Positions 34,694 through 46,147 of a stretch of 64,000 nt of DNA are shown here, one piece after another. Under the pieces are notes generated by a model, which was given only the letters and a program-made list of their open reading frames with translations, was not told the DNA's origin and searched no databases. Made by a program: the position numbers and the translations under genes. The DNA comes from Amoebophrya sp. A120. Lineage: Eukaryota; Protista; Dinoflagellata. Numbering within the stretch: the first letter of the stretch is position 1; every line of letters starts with the position of its first letter. The stretch spans positions 3,009,144-3,073,143 of the forward strand of contig CAJINV010000011.1 of the NCBI GenBank assembly GCA_905178155.1, written 5' to 3'.

Positions 34694-35428
34694 GGTGGTC
34701 AGGTTAGTACTGCGGCAAAAAAATGGGATTTCGTAAATCTTGTATAGGATGCTGTCCTGTTTGATGTTCTAGTTTGTCGTTCCTAGTCCTCGTTAGCGTA
34801 TGATGAAAGCAAAAAATTTTCAAGTAGTTTACTTTTTTAGTGCACCTGTGAGTTACATTTCGGGAAAGTATCCTCAAAAGATAATTTTCAGTGGAAGAGC
34901 GATCAATCTTCATGTTGATGCGCGATGGCGCACTGTCCTAGTGATCCTCAGATTTTTCCGGATAATTTGCCATCATCTTTACACCTTTCATTCCATACGT
35001 TTCGGATCGGAAAGATTTCTCTTGGCTGTTGATCAAGATCCTCGTATCAATTTTCTATGTTCTTGACGAGTGAATCTCGAGATGGCTTTCCTTGTTCATA
35101 CAGAAAACAGATCCGGAGCGAAAAGACCACATTTATTATAGCACACTATGTGTGAGTCTGTAGATTTTTCGCAAGAAGATCTTCGCCGGATAAAAGGCAG
35201 TACTTAACACTCGCGTCCTCACACGTGATTGTTCTCCGGGATATTTTTCACCATCCGTAATTGAAAAAATTCTCCATTCTTGTTCTTTCAGAAATGAAAC
35301 TGACCCGAAAAGAAGTCTGGAAGGTGTGAGCGTCGCTGATATTGATGGGGACTTAAATCGCATTGACTGGTACAACTATCGCACGAAATTCAAATAAGTA
35401 AGAACGCGGCAACTGAATTGCCCAGCAC

Positions 35429-38405
35429 TCAAATCCATCCCTGTACCCTGGTCCTATTTCTTTTCAACTTTTGGTAGCAGGCTTCGTTCAAGCTGATGCC
35501 CTTCTTGCCGGGCTTCATCTCGCCGTTATGGGAGTGTCAGAATCGAAATCGTCAGAATTGAAATGATTTGTCAACATGCATAAAATGGATGCCAGTTGGA
35601 ACCCAGTTTCTAAGTGGCGCATGACAAATTTTGGTGGTCCTTCAATCCAGTTTGTCATGCTGTTTAGGCAAAGAAGACGGGTTTTCTCATGCTACTTTAG
35701 CAGCTCGAGCTCTAACCCCAAACAGGCTTACAATCGGCCTCACTTGCCTGCTCTGCAAGACACATACCTCGCGTCGTGCATTTTATGCATCACAAATTTT
35801 TCGATTTTGTCGATTTCGATTCTGACACTTCCATAGCCGTCGGCCTGGTAGTATTCCCGGATGTCGACGAGTTTTTTTCCCTTGAAAATGTTGTAGCTGA
35901 CTATAACCCGCTCAGTCGTTACAATCTCAAACGTTACAATAGAATCTGAGATTTGTCTTGCATGATGAGCATGATCTACATCTAGCCAACTCTCATAGGG
36001 TTGCGCATGACAAGTTCCGGACCTCCAAACCCCACTACAATCTGGGTAAATTTGTATTGCAAAAGGTGGAACGCTGTGCGAGTCTGTCATGCCGATCATG
36101 CAACACAAATTCCAGATTCTATTGTAACGCGTGAGATTGTAACGTTTGAGCAAGTCATACTGACCCGCTTCGCGTTGTCCAGCTCCCTGAACTTTCCGTC
36201 GGTGGATGAGGCTGGATGGTAGAAATGAAATTTAAGTGGAGAGTTCCAAATTTCTCGAAGATTTCAATTCGGTCCCGCAGCACAGGGTGAAAAAGCGGAA
36301 AAAAGAACTACCCTATGATGCAAAGTATTACTTTGCATTGTAAAGACAGGAGGGTATAGCATCTTTTCCTGTTTGAGTAGTTCCAAAAAAAACTATAAAT
36401 TACCAATAATAGCCGCCTCAGCGGGGGTAGTGAGGTCATGGCTGTTTTTTTGTCTTCACGCCAAAAAAAGACGCGACTTCTTTGCCCGCCATGCCATCGC
36501 GAGTAATGTTATGCACGACGGCACGGCGGTCACTGAAAATCTCGACCCAGGGCTGGCCTCCATTTGTTTTCGAGTCGAAAAGCCTTTCCCGCATGCTATG
36601 GCCCCGCCAGGGCCCCCGCCAGGGTTGGCCCCTTGGGAGCCCCAAATCTGGCCCGTAGCATGCGGATTGGCTTTTCGCCTTTGGCGGATTTTGTTTTTTT
36701 TTGTTCTTTTTGTCAAAATGCCGCATCTTCTGGCCTTGAGTCCGCCTCTGAAATGGCGGATTTTGGTGGCGTCTTTTACGGGGCCCGAATGTGAGCCAAA
36801 ACGAGGCCCATACCATGCGGATTCGCTGTTTTTTTCGGACTGCTGCTTTTTGGGCGCCCCTTTTTGGGCGCCCCAAATCGCCAGAAACTAAGGCGGCGGG
36901 CGCCTCAGAAGGGCGCCCCTTTTGCCGGCTCCCCTGCGTCGTTTTATCAAGCGGGAATCGATAGAATCCGCCCGGGCTACTTTGCCGCTAAAGCCCCGGC
37001 CGCTTAATAATTGAAAATCTTTTTCGTCAAAAAACACTTCCGCCCGCTTGAAAACTGCCGGCCATTTTGCAGGTGAGGTGGCAAAAAAACAACTAGGATA
37101 GAACGTTCGTGACCTCACTACATATCATTACGGGCAAACTATTGTAATCCGTAGTTGTTCAAAAATCGCAATTATACTTCCGAGCCATGCGTCGATGTCC
37201 GGGACGAATTCCACGAATTTGTCAAAGGCCGACTTTGTCAATGATATGCCCTTTTATCCTGAGTAAAAACGTACCCACACCAGAGTCAGGATGGGGATTT
37301 TGCAACACAAACCTAGGAGGTTTGTGAGTCACGCATGACAAGTTGCACTCTTCAGTGTAGTGCAGGTTAGCAAGTGCAGCCGCATCACAGATTCATCTGC
37401 TGACCCTGTTCACAGCATCACAAATTCCAAAACACGATTGGAAATAGCTCTCATGCGGATGCGCACTACAAGTCTTCCTGTCTTTGCAAATCTGCATTAC
37501 AACTCTGGTGTGGGTACGTTTTTACTCAGGATACCTTTTTTCCCGGCTTCATCTCTCCGTCCGCCTGGTAGTACTCCCGGATGTCGATGTATCGCAAGAA
37601 AAAACTGTTACAGTTACACATTGTGTTGCAGGCCAAGCAAGACAGACCAGCTCTGTCATGCCGGATACGCATAGAAGCCTCCTTTCATAGGTGTTTTCCC
37701 GTAGGATTTCTGCATTACAAGTTTTCTCTCTCATGCAGAGAAATTTTCTGTGTTGCTGATTTCACTACAAATGTGTATATTGTAACACTTTTTTCGTGGG
37801 ATACGATGAATTTCCGGCCCTTGAAATTTGACAGCGAAACGCGCTTCGTGGAATCCAGGGGGATGTAAGTGTTGCCGTCATCCTCGTCCTCCTCTTCTTC
37901 CTGCTCGGCGGGGGGGCGCTTGGGAGAGGACGCGCCCTGCTTGCTGGATTTGGAGGTCGTGCTGGCTGCGGGAGCGCCTGTAGGTGGGAAGTATGCGTAG
38001 GTATGTTGTGTGGCGCGGGATTTATTTCATTTTTTTTGTGTAAAAAGAATCTCCATTTTGATTTTCTTTATCATAATTATCTGTCGTAAACGAATCTACT
38101 GTACTTTTGGAAGCTGCCGCGGGCTTCTCTTTCTCCTCTACTTTTTGTTTTTTCAACGCCGGCAGTGGCTCTTCACCCGTGTCCTCGGCTTCCTCGTTGT
38201 GTTTCGCGGTGAAATCGGCAACGACTTCTTTAACAAACGGCTTGTACTCTTCCCACGATGGCACGTTGTGCGCTTGGAGAATTTGGTACAGACTCTTCAT
38301 CCGCAACTCCTCCAGCGTGCCGTTCACCTTCGAGTCTTCCAAAAAACCCAAAATCCAGGAACGGATTTTCGCTTCCATCTCGGGCTTATTACCGGTGCTG
38401 GACAT
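35429..38405 (-). CDS. KELP/Sub1-like coactivator: DEK_C-like N-terminus plus two PC4 ssDNA-binding domains
   Basis: Reconstructed [47 protein letters not shown] and [47 protein letters not shown]. Four introners plus probable GT-AG introns (37979-38104 and ~36212-37178). Confidence 0.9.
35527..35835. mobile_element. Family-B TIR introner (309 bp)
   Basis: TATGG(G/A)AGTGTCAGAATCGAAATCG TIR; TSD GCCGT; removal restores [11 protein letters not shown]. Confidence 0.95.
35902..36159. mobile_element. Family-C TIR introner (258 bp)
   Basis: ~50-bp imperfect TIR containing CGTTACAATCTCA..CGTTACAATAGAATCTG; TSD CTGAC; removal restores [10 protein letters not shown]. Confidence 0.93.
37255..37533. 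mobile_element. Family-D TIR introner (279 bp)
   Basis: Perfect 32-bp TIR TATCCTGAGTAAAAACGTACCCACACCAGAGT; TSD CCTTT; removal restores GKK-GISL. The only copy readable as GT-AG. Confidence 0.96.
37590..37803. mobile_element. Family-E TIR introner (214 bp)
   Basis: TATCGCAAGAAAAAACTGTTACA vs TATCCCACGAAAAAAGTGTTACA; TSD CGATG; removal restores KFI-DIREYY. Confidence 0.93.
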
Positions 38406-39404
38406 CTTGATGTATAATAACTTTGTCGTAATCGTATCGATTAAGAAAAAACAAAAACTCGGTTGAAAATAGAAAATCTCATTCACTCTTCCTCTTGTTT
38501 TGAACTCTTCTATTAGTTCTCGAGATCGGCTGTTAATACATGGAACGGAAAGTCATTCATAGGAACCATCACAAAAATGTCAAGAAAGATTCTCATCCTC
38601 ATGAATTCATTGAGGATCTAGTACCAGGATAGGAAAGGACTAAAGGCGTTTCAAAATGCAATTTTGCGAGCCTACCGGATCGATTCCGATCAAATTATGC
38701 ATACGCTGATTTTAAACCAATTTGTCTGTCTCCTCTCCAAAAAAAATTGCCAAAAAATGAAATCGTTCTCACGTATCGAAAAACTAAAAGCAGAATGAAA
38801 AAGCGTACACCTATCGATATCTAGTTGTAGCGGCTTGTGCGGAAGACGATGGTGTTTTCATCGTTCTTGGGTTCATTTGTATCATCGGCTACTCTCCGCT
38901 CGAAACTCACAAGGAGAAGAACGCAATCACGAGAACAAGAACCTACGCAACAATGCGAAACAGGCATGGGCAGGGCTAAGCAACAATGCATGACGTTTGA
39001 CAAACGAAGAAAACGCTCTTCCCGAGTGCTGAATGTACTGGGCCGATCGTGATCGCAATCGCAATCTCAACAGATTTAAAAGGAAACATATAGATCAAAT
39101 GTTTTCTTCCTGGTCTCAAAACCTATTCACAAGTGGTCGTAATGGGGCTTTTAACAAACTGGTCGCTATGGCATTTTGGTGAGGCGGGTTGTCGAGCGTC
39201 AATACGGTGCAGCAGCTCGTGTCGTTTTGTCTTTTGCAATTGCAATAAATCTAAATATAATCCAGGTCGCTAAATATAACATTCTTGTTTTCCGTTTTTC
39301 AATACCAACAGATGGATTTCAATTTCAAATCGAAATAAACTCATCAACATGGCCTCCACACTATTTCCAGCGAAGTCCACCCGCCTTCACGAGCAGCAAT
39401 TCTA

Positions 39405-40391
39405 CTACTTCCTGTCCCAACTGTACTGGTAATTTTTCCCGTAGTGGATGAAGAGTTCCTCGTCTTCCTCAATGTCGCGCAACGCTTTGAACAGCGCAAA
39501 CCGCCGGATAAAGTACCCAGAATCCACGTTGTTCTCTTCCGCATGGTTCATGTAGCTGCCGAAACCCATAATCACCAGCGAGTGGTCATTGACCTGCGAG
39601 GGACGGTGAGGTAAAGGCTTGGACCGACGAGGACCATTTTTCTCGCCATTTTTATCCTCCACGTCGTGGACCTCGTCCGTATCCTCTTCTTCCACGGGTG
39701 GTAAGATTGCCCCGCCGGAGAACGTGAAGTCGTCGAACTTGTAGGGCGAAAATTCCATTGGGATTCTTTTGTCCTCGATCCGCATGAACGGGTTGATTTC
39801 CACCGGCTCGCCCTTCTTGTATTTTCTGCCCGCAAACACCCCGTCCCCCGCGCCGGGTACCGTGGACTTCGCGAGGTAGTTTACCGACTGAATCCGGTCC
39901 GGCAGCTCCTGGCGCCACACGAGAAAGTCGACGGACCGCGGGGCCCAGAGCGCGCGGGCCGTGGCATCCTGGACGAGGGAGGACACTTTGGAAAGGAGGA
40001 TGTCCGACTGGTGGTGTTTGTCCTTTTCTTGTTGTGATGTAACGGAGGAGGACGCAGAGGAGGCCGTAGGACGGTCTGCGGTGGAGATGTTCCGTCGGAA
40101 ATTCATCGGTTGTGCGGGGCGACGCCGAAGCAGCATTTTTGGTAGGCTTTCCGTGGGACGGATTGCCTTGTGATCTCCTGTTAAGGAGGTTGCACCAGTT
40201 TCATCCAGGTACGGGATGCGTGGTACTGCTCCACCACGTGATGTGTATCGCACCGTTTTCACCCGCCTCGCGATGGAATGAACAAGGACTCCGGAGCCGA
40301 GCGTCATTTTTTGGAGCTCAACTCGTGTGTTGTTGCGATAGTGATAGTCAGTGGCCGCTAGACACAATGACAATAAGCAGACGCTACACAA
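39405..40391 (-). CDS. SET-domain protein
   Basis: STVPGAGDGVFAGRKYKKGE, GSYMNHAEENNV, ALRDIEEDEELFIHYG. True start probably downstream of the ORF start. Confidence 0.9.
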   Translation of the reverse strand: MCSVCLLSLCLAATDYHYRNNTRVELQKMTLGSGVLVHSIARRVKTVRYTSRGGAVPRIPYLDETGATSLTGDHKAIRPTESLPKMLLRRRPAQPMNFRRNISTADRPTASSASSSVTSQQEKDKHHQSDILLSKVSSLVQDATARALWAPRSVDFLVWRQELPDRIQSVNYLAKSTVPGAGDGVFAGRKYKKGEPVEINPFMRIEDKRIPMEFSPYKFDDFTFSGGAILPPVEEEDTDEVHDVEDKNGEKNGPRRSKPLPHRPSQVNDHSLVIMGFGSYMNHAEENNVDSGYFIRRFALFKALRDIEEDEELFIHYGKNYQYSWDRK

Positions 40392-40579
40392 ATCTGGAGC
40401 AAAGCCAGGATTAGTTTCTCGACTTTGGTTTCATCCCTCGTCAGTGTGCTCATTTTTCCCAAGCACTGTTTGCGCTCTGCACGGACTCGGCTTTGGCGCG
40501 GACTCGTCACGAATGCCCTATCGTTTTCGCTTGTCCTGGTCAAACTCGGTATCTCACTTGTCACACACGGTTTTTTTTC

Positions 40580-41464
40580 TTACGACCCTCCTCCTCGAGC
40601 GTTAGACGTAATACCACCACCTTTAGGGATTTTTACACCTCTGTCGCCCACGTATTTCACATAGCCCTTCGCGTCCAATGTTACCTTCGATTTGTCGGAA
40701 CACGTCACGCTGTCAGCGTGTTTCGCTTTAGACGGATACTTCTTTCGCCCGATGCGCAGGTCCGGGAGATGATCGTTCCGACCCTTGTGGTCTCCGCGAC
40801 CAGAACTTTTTTCCGATTTGTTCCCACCACTACCGCTCGCAGCCTTATTCGTCTTCGGCTCGGACCACTCAGCTCGAAGAGTCAGCTGCAGGGCGTCTTC
40901 TTCTTCTTCAGCAGTAGTATATTCGCGTACCTCCTCCGCAGGCTTGGATGCATCCTCAGGGCTGACTCGCTCGTTCTCTGATAAAGATGCGGCCCCCGCC
41001 GTGTGATCTCCTGTCATCTTCTTGTTGTTGTTTGACTTGCTCAAATATTTCCTCCCAGATATTTCGTTCACACAGTTTCGAAATCGCTCCTGCTCCTCAT
41101 CGGTTTTCCCGAGCAGTGTGACGAACGCGTAGCCCTTGCACGCAGTAGTCTCGCGGTCCCGCACCACACGCAGGTCGAAGTGGTCCTGCCAGTGCTGCTC
41201 TTGTTGTGAGAGCGCGGCGGTTCTTGAGCAGGTTGTGCTCGAAGGTGGCGAGGGATGCGATTCGTGTGATTCCGGTTTACTTGGTGCAGCTTCAGTACCA
41301 CTGGCCTCCTCGTCTGGTAGTACAGTCCCTGCAGTGCTGTCGATGTTGTGCACCGCCAAATGGGACAGCAACAAAGCACCAATCTCCTCATCGGACAATA
41401 CAGACGCGGGTGCGCGAGGAAAGCCGCTCACGTGTAGGCAACGCAGCGCGCCACTGGCGGACAT
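40580..41464 (-). CDS. RRM-domain RNA-binding protein
   Basis: RNP2-like LHVSGFP and RNP1 VVRDRETTACKGYAFVTL. Confidence 0.8.
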   Translation of the reverse strand: MSASGALRCLHVSGFPRAPASVLSDEEIGALLLSHLAVHNIDSTAGTVLPDEEASGTEAAPSKPESHESHPSPPSSTTCSRTAALSQQEQHWQDHFDLRVVRDRETTACKGYAFVTLLGKTDEEQERFRNCVNEISGRKYLSKSNNNKKMTGDHTAGAASLSENERVSPEDASKPAEEVREYTTAEEEEDALQLTLRAEWSEPKTNKAASGSGGNKSEKSSGRGDHKGRNDHLPDLRIGRKKYPSKAKHADSVTCSDKSKVTLDAKGYVKYVGDRGVKIPKGGGITSNARGGGS

Positions 41465-42512
41465 TTTGAATTTATCAGTGTGTACGAGTTCGCTAGGTGT
41501 GCTGCTGCTTCGTTCAAAATGCTTTGATTACGCGAGGCACTGCTTAGGTTGCTTGAAAAACTACTTTTGCGAAGTGCTAAATTTGTCTTCCAGCGGCCAC
41601 GATCATGCGTTCTTTCGAGAAGTCGCTACATATTCATCGCTTTCCTGTCTATATTTTCAAGTACTTTTACACGACTACGCATCTGATCACGATCATGACA
41701 TCAAAAATTATGGGACGCTCCGGCTGGAATTTCCTCCACCGTGGCATTATTTGATACGTGCCACCACGGTTGTATCTGTGATCACCAGCTTCGCAAGCAC
41801 AAAAATTCTTCGTTATGGATGATAATCGTGAACAAATCTCTTGGCTGCATTACGAATAGTGGTCATAGGTTACTTTATATCAGCACCGTTGCACAAGCAC
41901 ATATATTTTCCCAGAAGTTGATCCTCTTCGTTACTAGCGCTGGATCATTGTCAGTACCACAGCTGTTGAACTGCAAGTTTATTTCCATTTCATCTTGGGA
42001 CGAAGAACAAAACTGTGTAGTTAACTTGTGTGTGCGAAATTCAAATTCTTTGCAAATCTGCGGGTCGTGCGTCAATGCCAAATCTGGTCTGAGCGTTTGC
42101 CTTCGACGAAAGACCTTCAAAGAACCAAGCGTGACAATATTCTGCGTCGTTAAAGAACTGTACCACTACCAGCAAGAACGGTTGATTGAAAATAGAGTAA
42201 AGATAGAGCTTAACCAATAAGCCTGGACCTTCGATCAGAACCGGAAGCTGCGCCTCTCCATTTCAGGTCAGGACCAGGACCACGACAATGCGTCTACATT
42301 AAATTGGGGACCGCAATACGGACAGCGATGATGAGATTGTTTCATCAAGAGAATGAATTTATGAACCACTCACAGAGATGAAAAAGCGGCAGCGGCATTG
42401 GCACTTTGGCCGGATGGACCGCTTTCGAAAACGCTTTTTCCTCTTGTTATTTCCTCCACCAAAAATAATCGCGTAACCGCTTATTTGACTTGTGACGTAT
42501 AATCGGTGAATT

Positions 42513-44846
42513 TTACCACACGCCGAGCATTGCGGCGACGAGCGCAGTGCCGTAGCCGGTGGCCCGCTCCCCCTTGTAGGCCGGACTGGCCATGTCGATA
42601 TGCACCCACGCGCCGCTCCACTTCTCCTCAATGTGCGCTCGGATGAAGGAGGCGGCGCAACTTACCTGAAAGAATGTGAGTGTTGTGTGTCTCGTACTTT
42701 TCAAAAAATTCTCCCGACAAAACAACCAAGTTTTGTAGTTCCTTCACATTGCAGCTACTTACGTTTGAGTTCTGATCATAACTGGGTTTCGTAATCGTAT
42801 ATGCGTAACCATGCTGCTACATATTCCACATTCTACAACTCACATCAATACCTGTGCATTCGCCCGGTTTGCGACCGAATTTTTCATGTCTGCGCAGCTG
42901 GACTTGAACTCTTCCATGTGGAGCTCCGGGCAGTAGGGCAGCGGCCACACGAGTTCTCCGCTCTTCTGCGCCGCGGCCAGCACTTTTTCCTCCCACACTT
43001 CGCTGTCCGAGACCATGCCGGCGTGAAGCTGCCCGGTGGCGATGCCCTGCGCTCCGGTGAGCGTGGCCATCGTGAGAATCAAATCCGATTTCAAGTCCTT
43101 ACTGGCGTACGCCACGCCGTCGCCCAGGACCAGTCGGCCCTCTGCATCAGTGTTGTTCACTTCCACCGTTTTCCCGCTGTACATGTGCAAGATGTCGTCG
43201 TTCCGAAACGCGGTGGCCGACACGGAATTCTCCGCGATGCAGAGCAAACAGCAGATGTTTTCCTTCACCTCCGCGCGGACGGTGGCGAGAAAGCCGGCGA
43301 AGACCCCCGCAGACCCACCCATATCGCGCTTCATCCCGCACATGCCGTCGCGCGGCTTGATGGCAAGTCCGCCCGTGTCGTAAATGATACCTTCAATTTA
43401 TCGTAGATAGTTGGAGATGGACTATATTGACTCGCTTCCACACACCAGTTGGCGTTCTCTCATTCTAGTACGACCAACCAGGACCGATGACCATGCCGAT
43501 GGCTCGCACACGAAACAAGAGCTGATCCAGGAGCTACTAGTACCTTTCCCGACTAGCGTCTTGAAGGGCTTCGTGCTGTCCCCACTGCCGGCATACTTCA
43601 TGATCAACAGCCTGGGCGCCCGCCCCTCGTTGAATTGCGCACCCTTGCCGACTCCCCAGAGGCCGCCGAAACCCCGCTTCTCGAGCTCCTTCCCCTCGAT
43701 CTTGTCGATTTGCACGGTCAGGTAGGACTGCAGTGCCTCCCGCACAAAGTCCTCGAAGGTCTGTGCGGTCAGGTGGCTGGGCGGCAGGTCCACCAGGACC
43801 TGGGCTATTCTGATGCTCTCGCCCACAATCTGCACGCTCTTCGGCACACCAGTGGTAAACGTGATCATCTGGTCTTTGATCTCGCTGGTCTTCAGGTTGC
43901 AGGACGGGAACGCACGGTAGACGGACAGTGCCCAAATCGCGTCTTTTACCGTGTTGGTTTTCGCGATTATCACTCCGATCGCGGCGCTGCAATACGGTCG
44001 TGTTTTTACATCAAGTGCTGCTATCACGCGCCGCGTCGTAGGTGTCGCAAACACAAATTTGCTTTACTAGAGCGTACTATGATCTTCACAGGTAAATCGC
44101 AAGAGCAACGAAAGCGGAGATCTTTCTGAAAGAAACCACGGAAGTTGTTCAATCGGCCTGTCGTGTTTGAAACAAACAAGTGCTAATACAAAACCTGCCT
44201 GCAAGGCTCCACATTCGAATTAAGTAAGTCATTACGAATTGTTCATACCTGGAATTCAGCAGCGGATCGGCCTGCAGGGCTTTGACGACAAAGTCAGGTC
44301 TCGCGGTGGAGTTGTGTCTACTGGTGTCATTGGGGACCACAATCACCGACACGCTTTTTTTCGCGGCCACTAAATGCACGCCCTTGAAGTCCACACGCAC
44401 CCCCAACAGGCCGCGCTCCTTCGCCAGCGCTTCTGCGGCCTCCTTGGAGTCCGCTATGATGATGTTGTGCTCGTAGGAGGTCTATCAAATGCCAAAATGT
44501 CTGGGTCTGGAAACTTGTGATGCTGAATTGCGCATGATTGAAGCGCTTTCAATGGCAGCCAAGCATGACAGGTTTTTGAGAGGCCTGCTGATCATGCCTA
44601 GCACGCATTACAAATTGCGTTTTCGCATGACAAAGAAAGCTTCTCTTTTGCTGCTTATGCAACACAGATTTTCCAGGAATGCATGACACGCATTACAAGT
44701 TCCACTTTTCCAGACCCAGACATTTTCACATTTGATAAGGTCACCTCCGGGACCACTCTTATCTTGGCCCCATTCTCCACCTCACGCTGCACGATGCCGA
44801 GGGTCCGCTGCCGCTTGGGCTTGGGACCCGGACTCAAGTTCGCCAT
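42513..44846 (-). CDS. NPEPL1: M17 leucyl aminopeptidase, NPEPL1-like, multi-exon
   Basis: LVGKG-IIYDTGG, GMKRDMGGSA, NNTDAEGRLVLGDGVAYA, MATLTGAQGIATG, ADMKNSVANRANAQ-VSCAASFI, WVHIDMASP..ERATGYG. GT-AG introns plus one introner. Confidence 0.92.
44483..44737. mobile_element. Family-A TIR introner (255 bp)
   Basis: Family-A TIRs; TSD AGGTC; removal joins PEVT-SYEHNIII. Confidence 0.95.
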
Positions 44847-46147
44847 TTTTCGGGTGAGAAGAAGTTGCGCTCGATGTGATGTGTGGTTGACGTTTTTCCA
44901 ATAAAGCCTGCAACCGGCGGAAAATAAATTGAAAGTAGGTGTTGACAAAGAAAAGGGTAAGCTAGAAATAGCACGAAAATAAGCCCGTCGGTTTGTTGAC
45001 CATGCGAGGATTCTTGCGGTGCACATGCAGGGAGTGGGAGAAAGCAGCGCTCTATATCAACTCCTAGGAACGGAAGGAAAATTTGCAATCACACCTTCGC
45101 TGTGATTTGTGAAAAGAGGAAGAAAAAGACACTACTTCTTTTACATGCGTCAAAACTGAAGAATAAGACTGACTCGAAAAATGCATGTGGAGGTACGACC
45201 GGTGCTTATAGCAGTGTCCAGCGTGCGCCTGCTGCAACATGGGGATCTATTGAAAATTTTTCGATGACGATGAGAAACTACAGATCTTCTATCTTCGGTG
45301 TGGTGCGGCTCCAAGGCTACTGTGACTACTCGATCCTGAGAGAACCAAAAAGGAAAATAACGACACCTGACAGAGTCTTCACATCACTTCTGCGAGAAGA
45401 AGATCTTGGCGCCGAAATAAATGGCGTCACAGCGGCAAGTAAGACGACAAACTGCCATTGCTAACGTTGATCGTAGTCACAACACGAGGGGCAGCCCAAG
45501 AACACTGTGGTTCTGTTGCTCTTCGAACGCGGTCGCCCGCTTGATGGAGAGCCAGCAGCTCGTGATGCTGGAAAACTACATCTTTTCTGGCTTAAAATCG
45601 AAATCAAGAACTTTTAAACTCTCTTCACCGTCAAGTGCAAATCGCAGTTCACAGGGAATAATACATCGTACAAGAATCACCATTATTTTCAGGGGCGAAA
45701 AGAAGCGAACCTTTTCGAAAATTCGTCAATAATTGGAGTCACCGAATCAAGTGCGTCGAGACTTGAAGGCTCGTTCCCTCTCCGGGAATAAACCTTAAGC
45801 TCCTGTCATTGATATTTTGTCACCTAATCATAACAGTTCTAGTACTTTATTGCGTCAATGGACACAATGTTGTTTCTCACCTAATGCTAATTTCGTCACC
45901 TAATCTCTTTAGCTTTACGTAAAAGTTGGACAATGCTTCAAACAGCGAAACGATAGCGAAACGCGAAACGGGGTTCTTGTTGTAATGGGAAGATACGAAC
46001 GTTGGTACACAGGCATGCAGCCTAGAACGAAGAACGCCTAGAGTCGGCGCCTAGGTCGTCGTGTAATAAGTGCAAAATGAAGTAGCAAAAAAGGAGTTCC
46101 GGAGACGAGACGGGACAAACCCAGACTGCAGGTGCCACAAACAAAAA

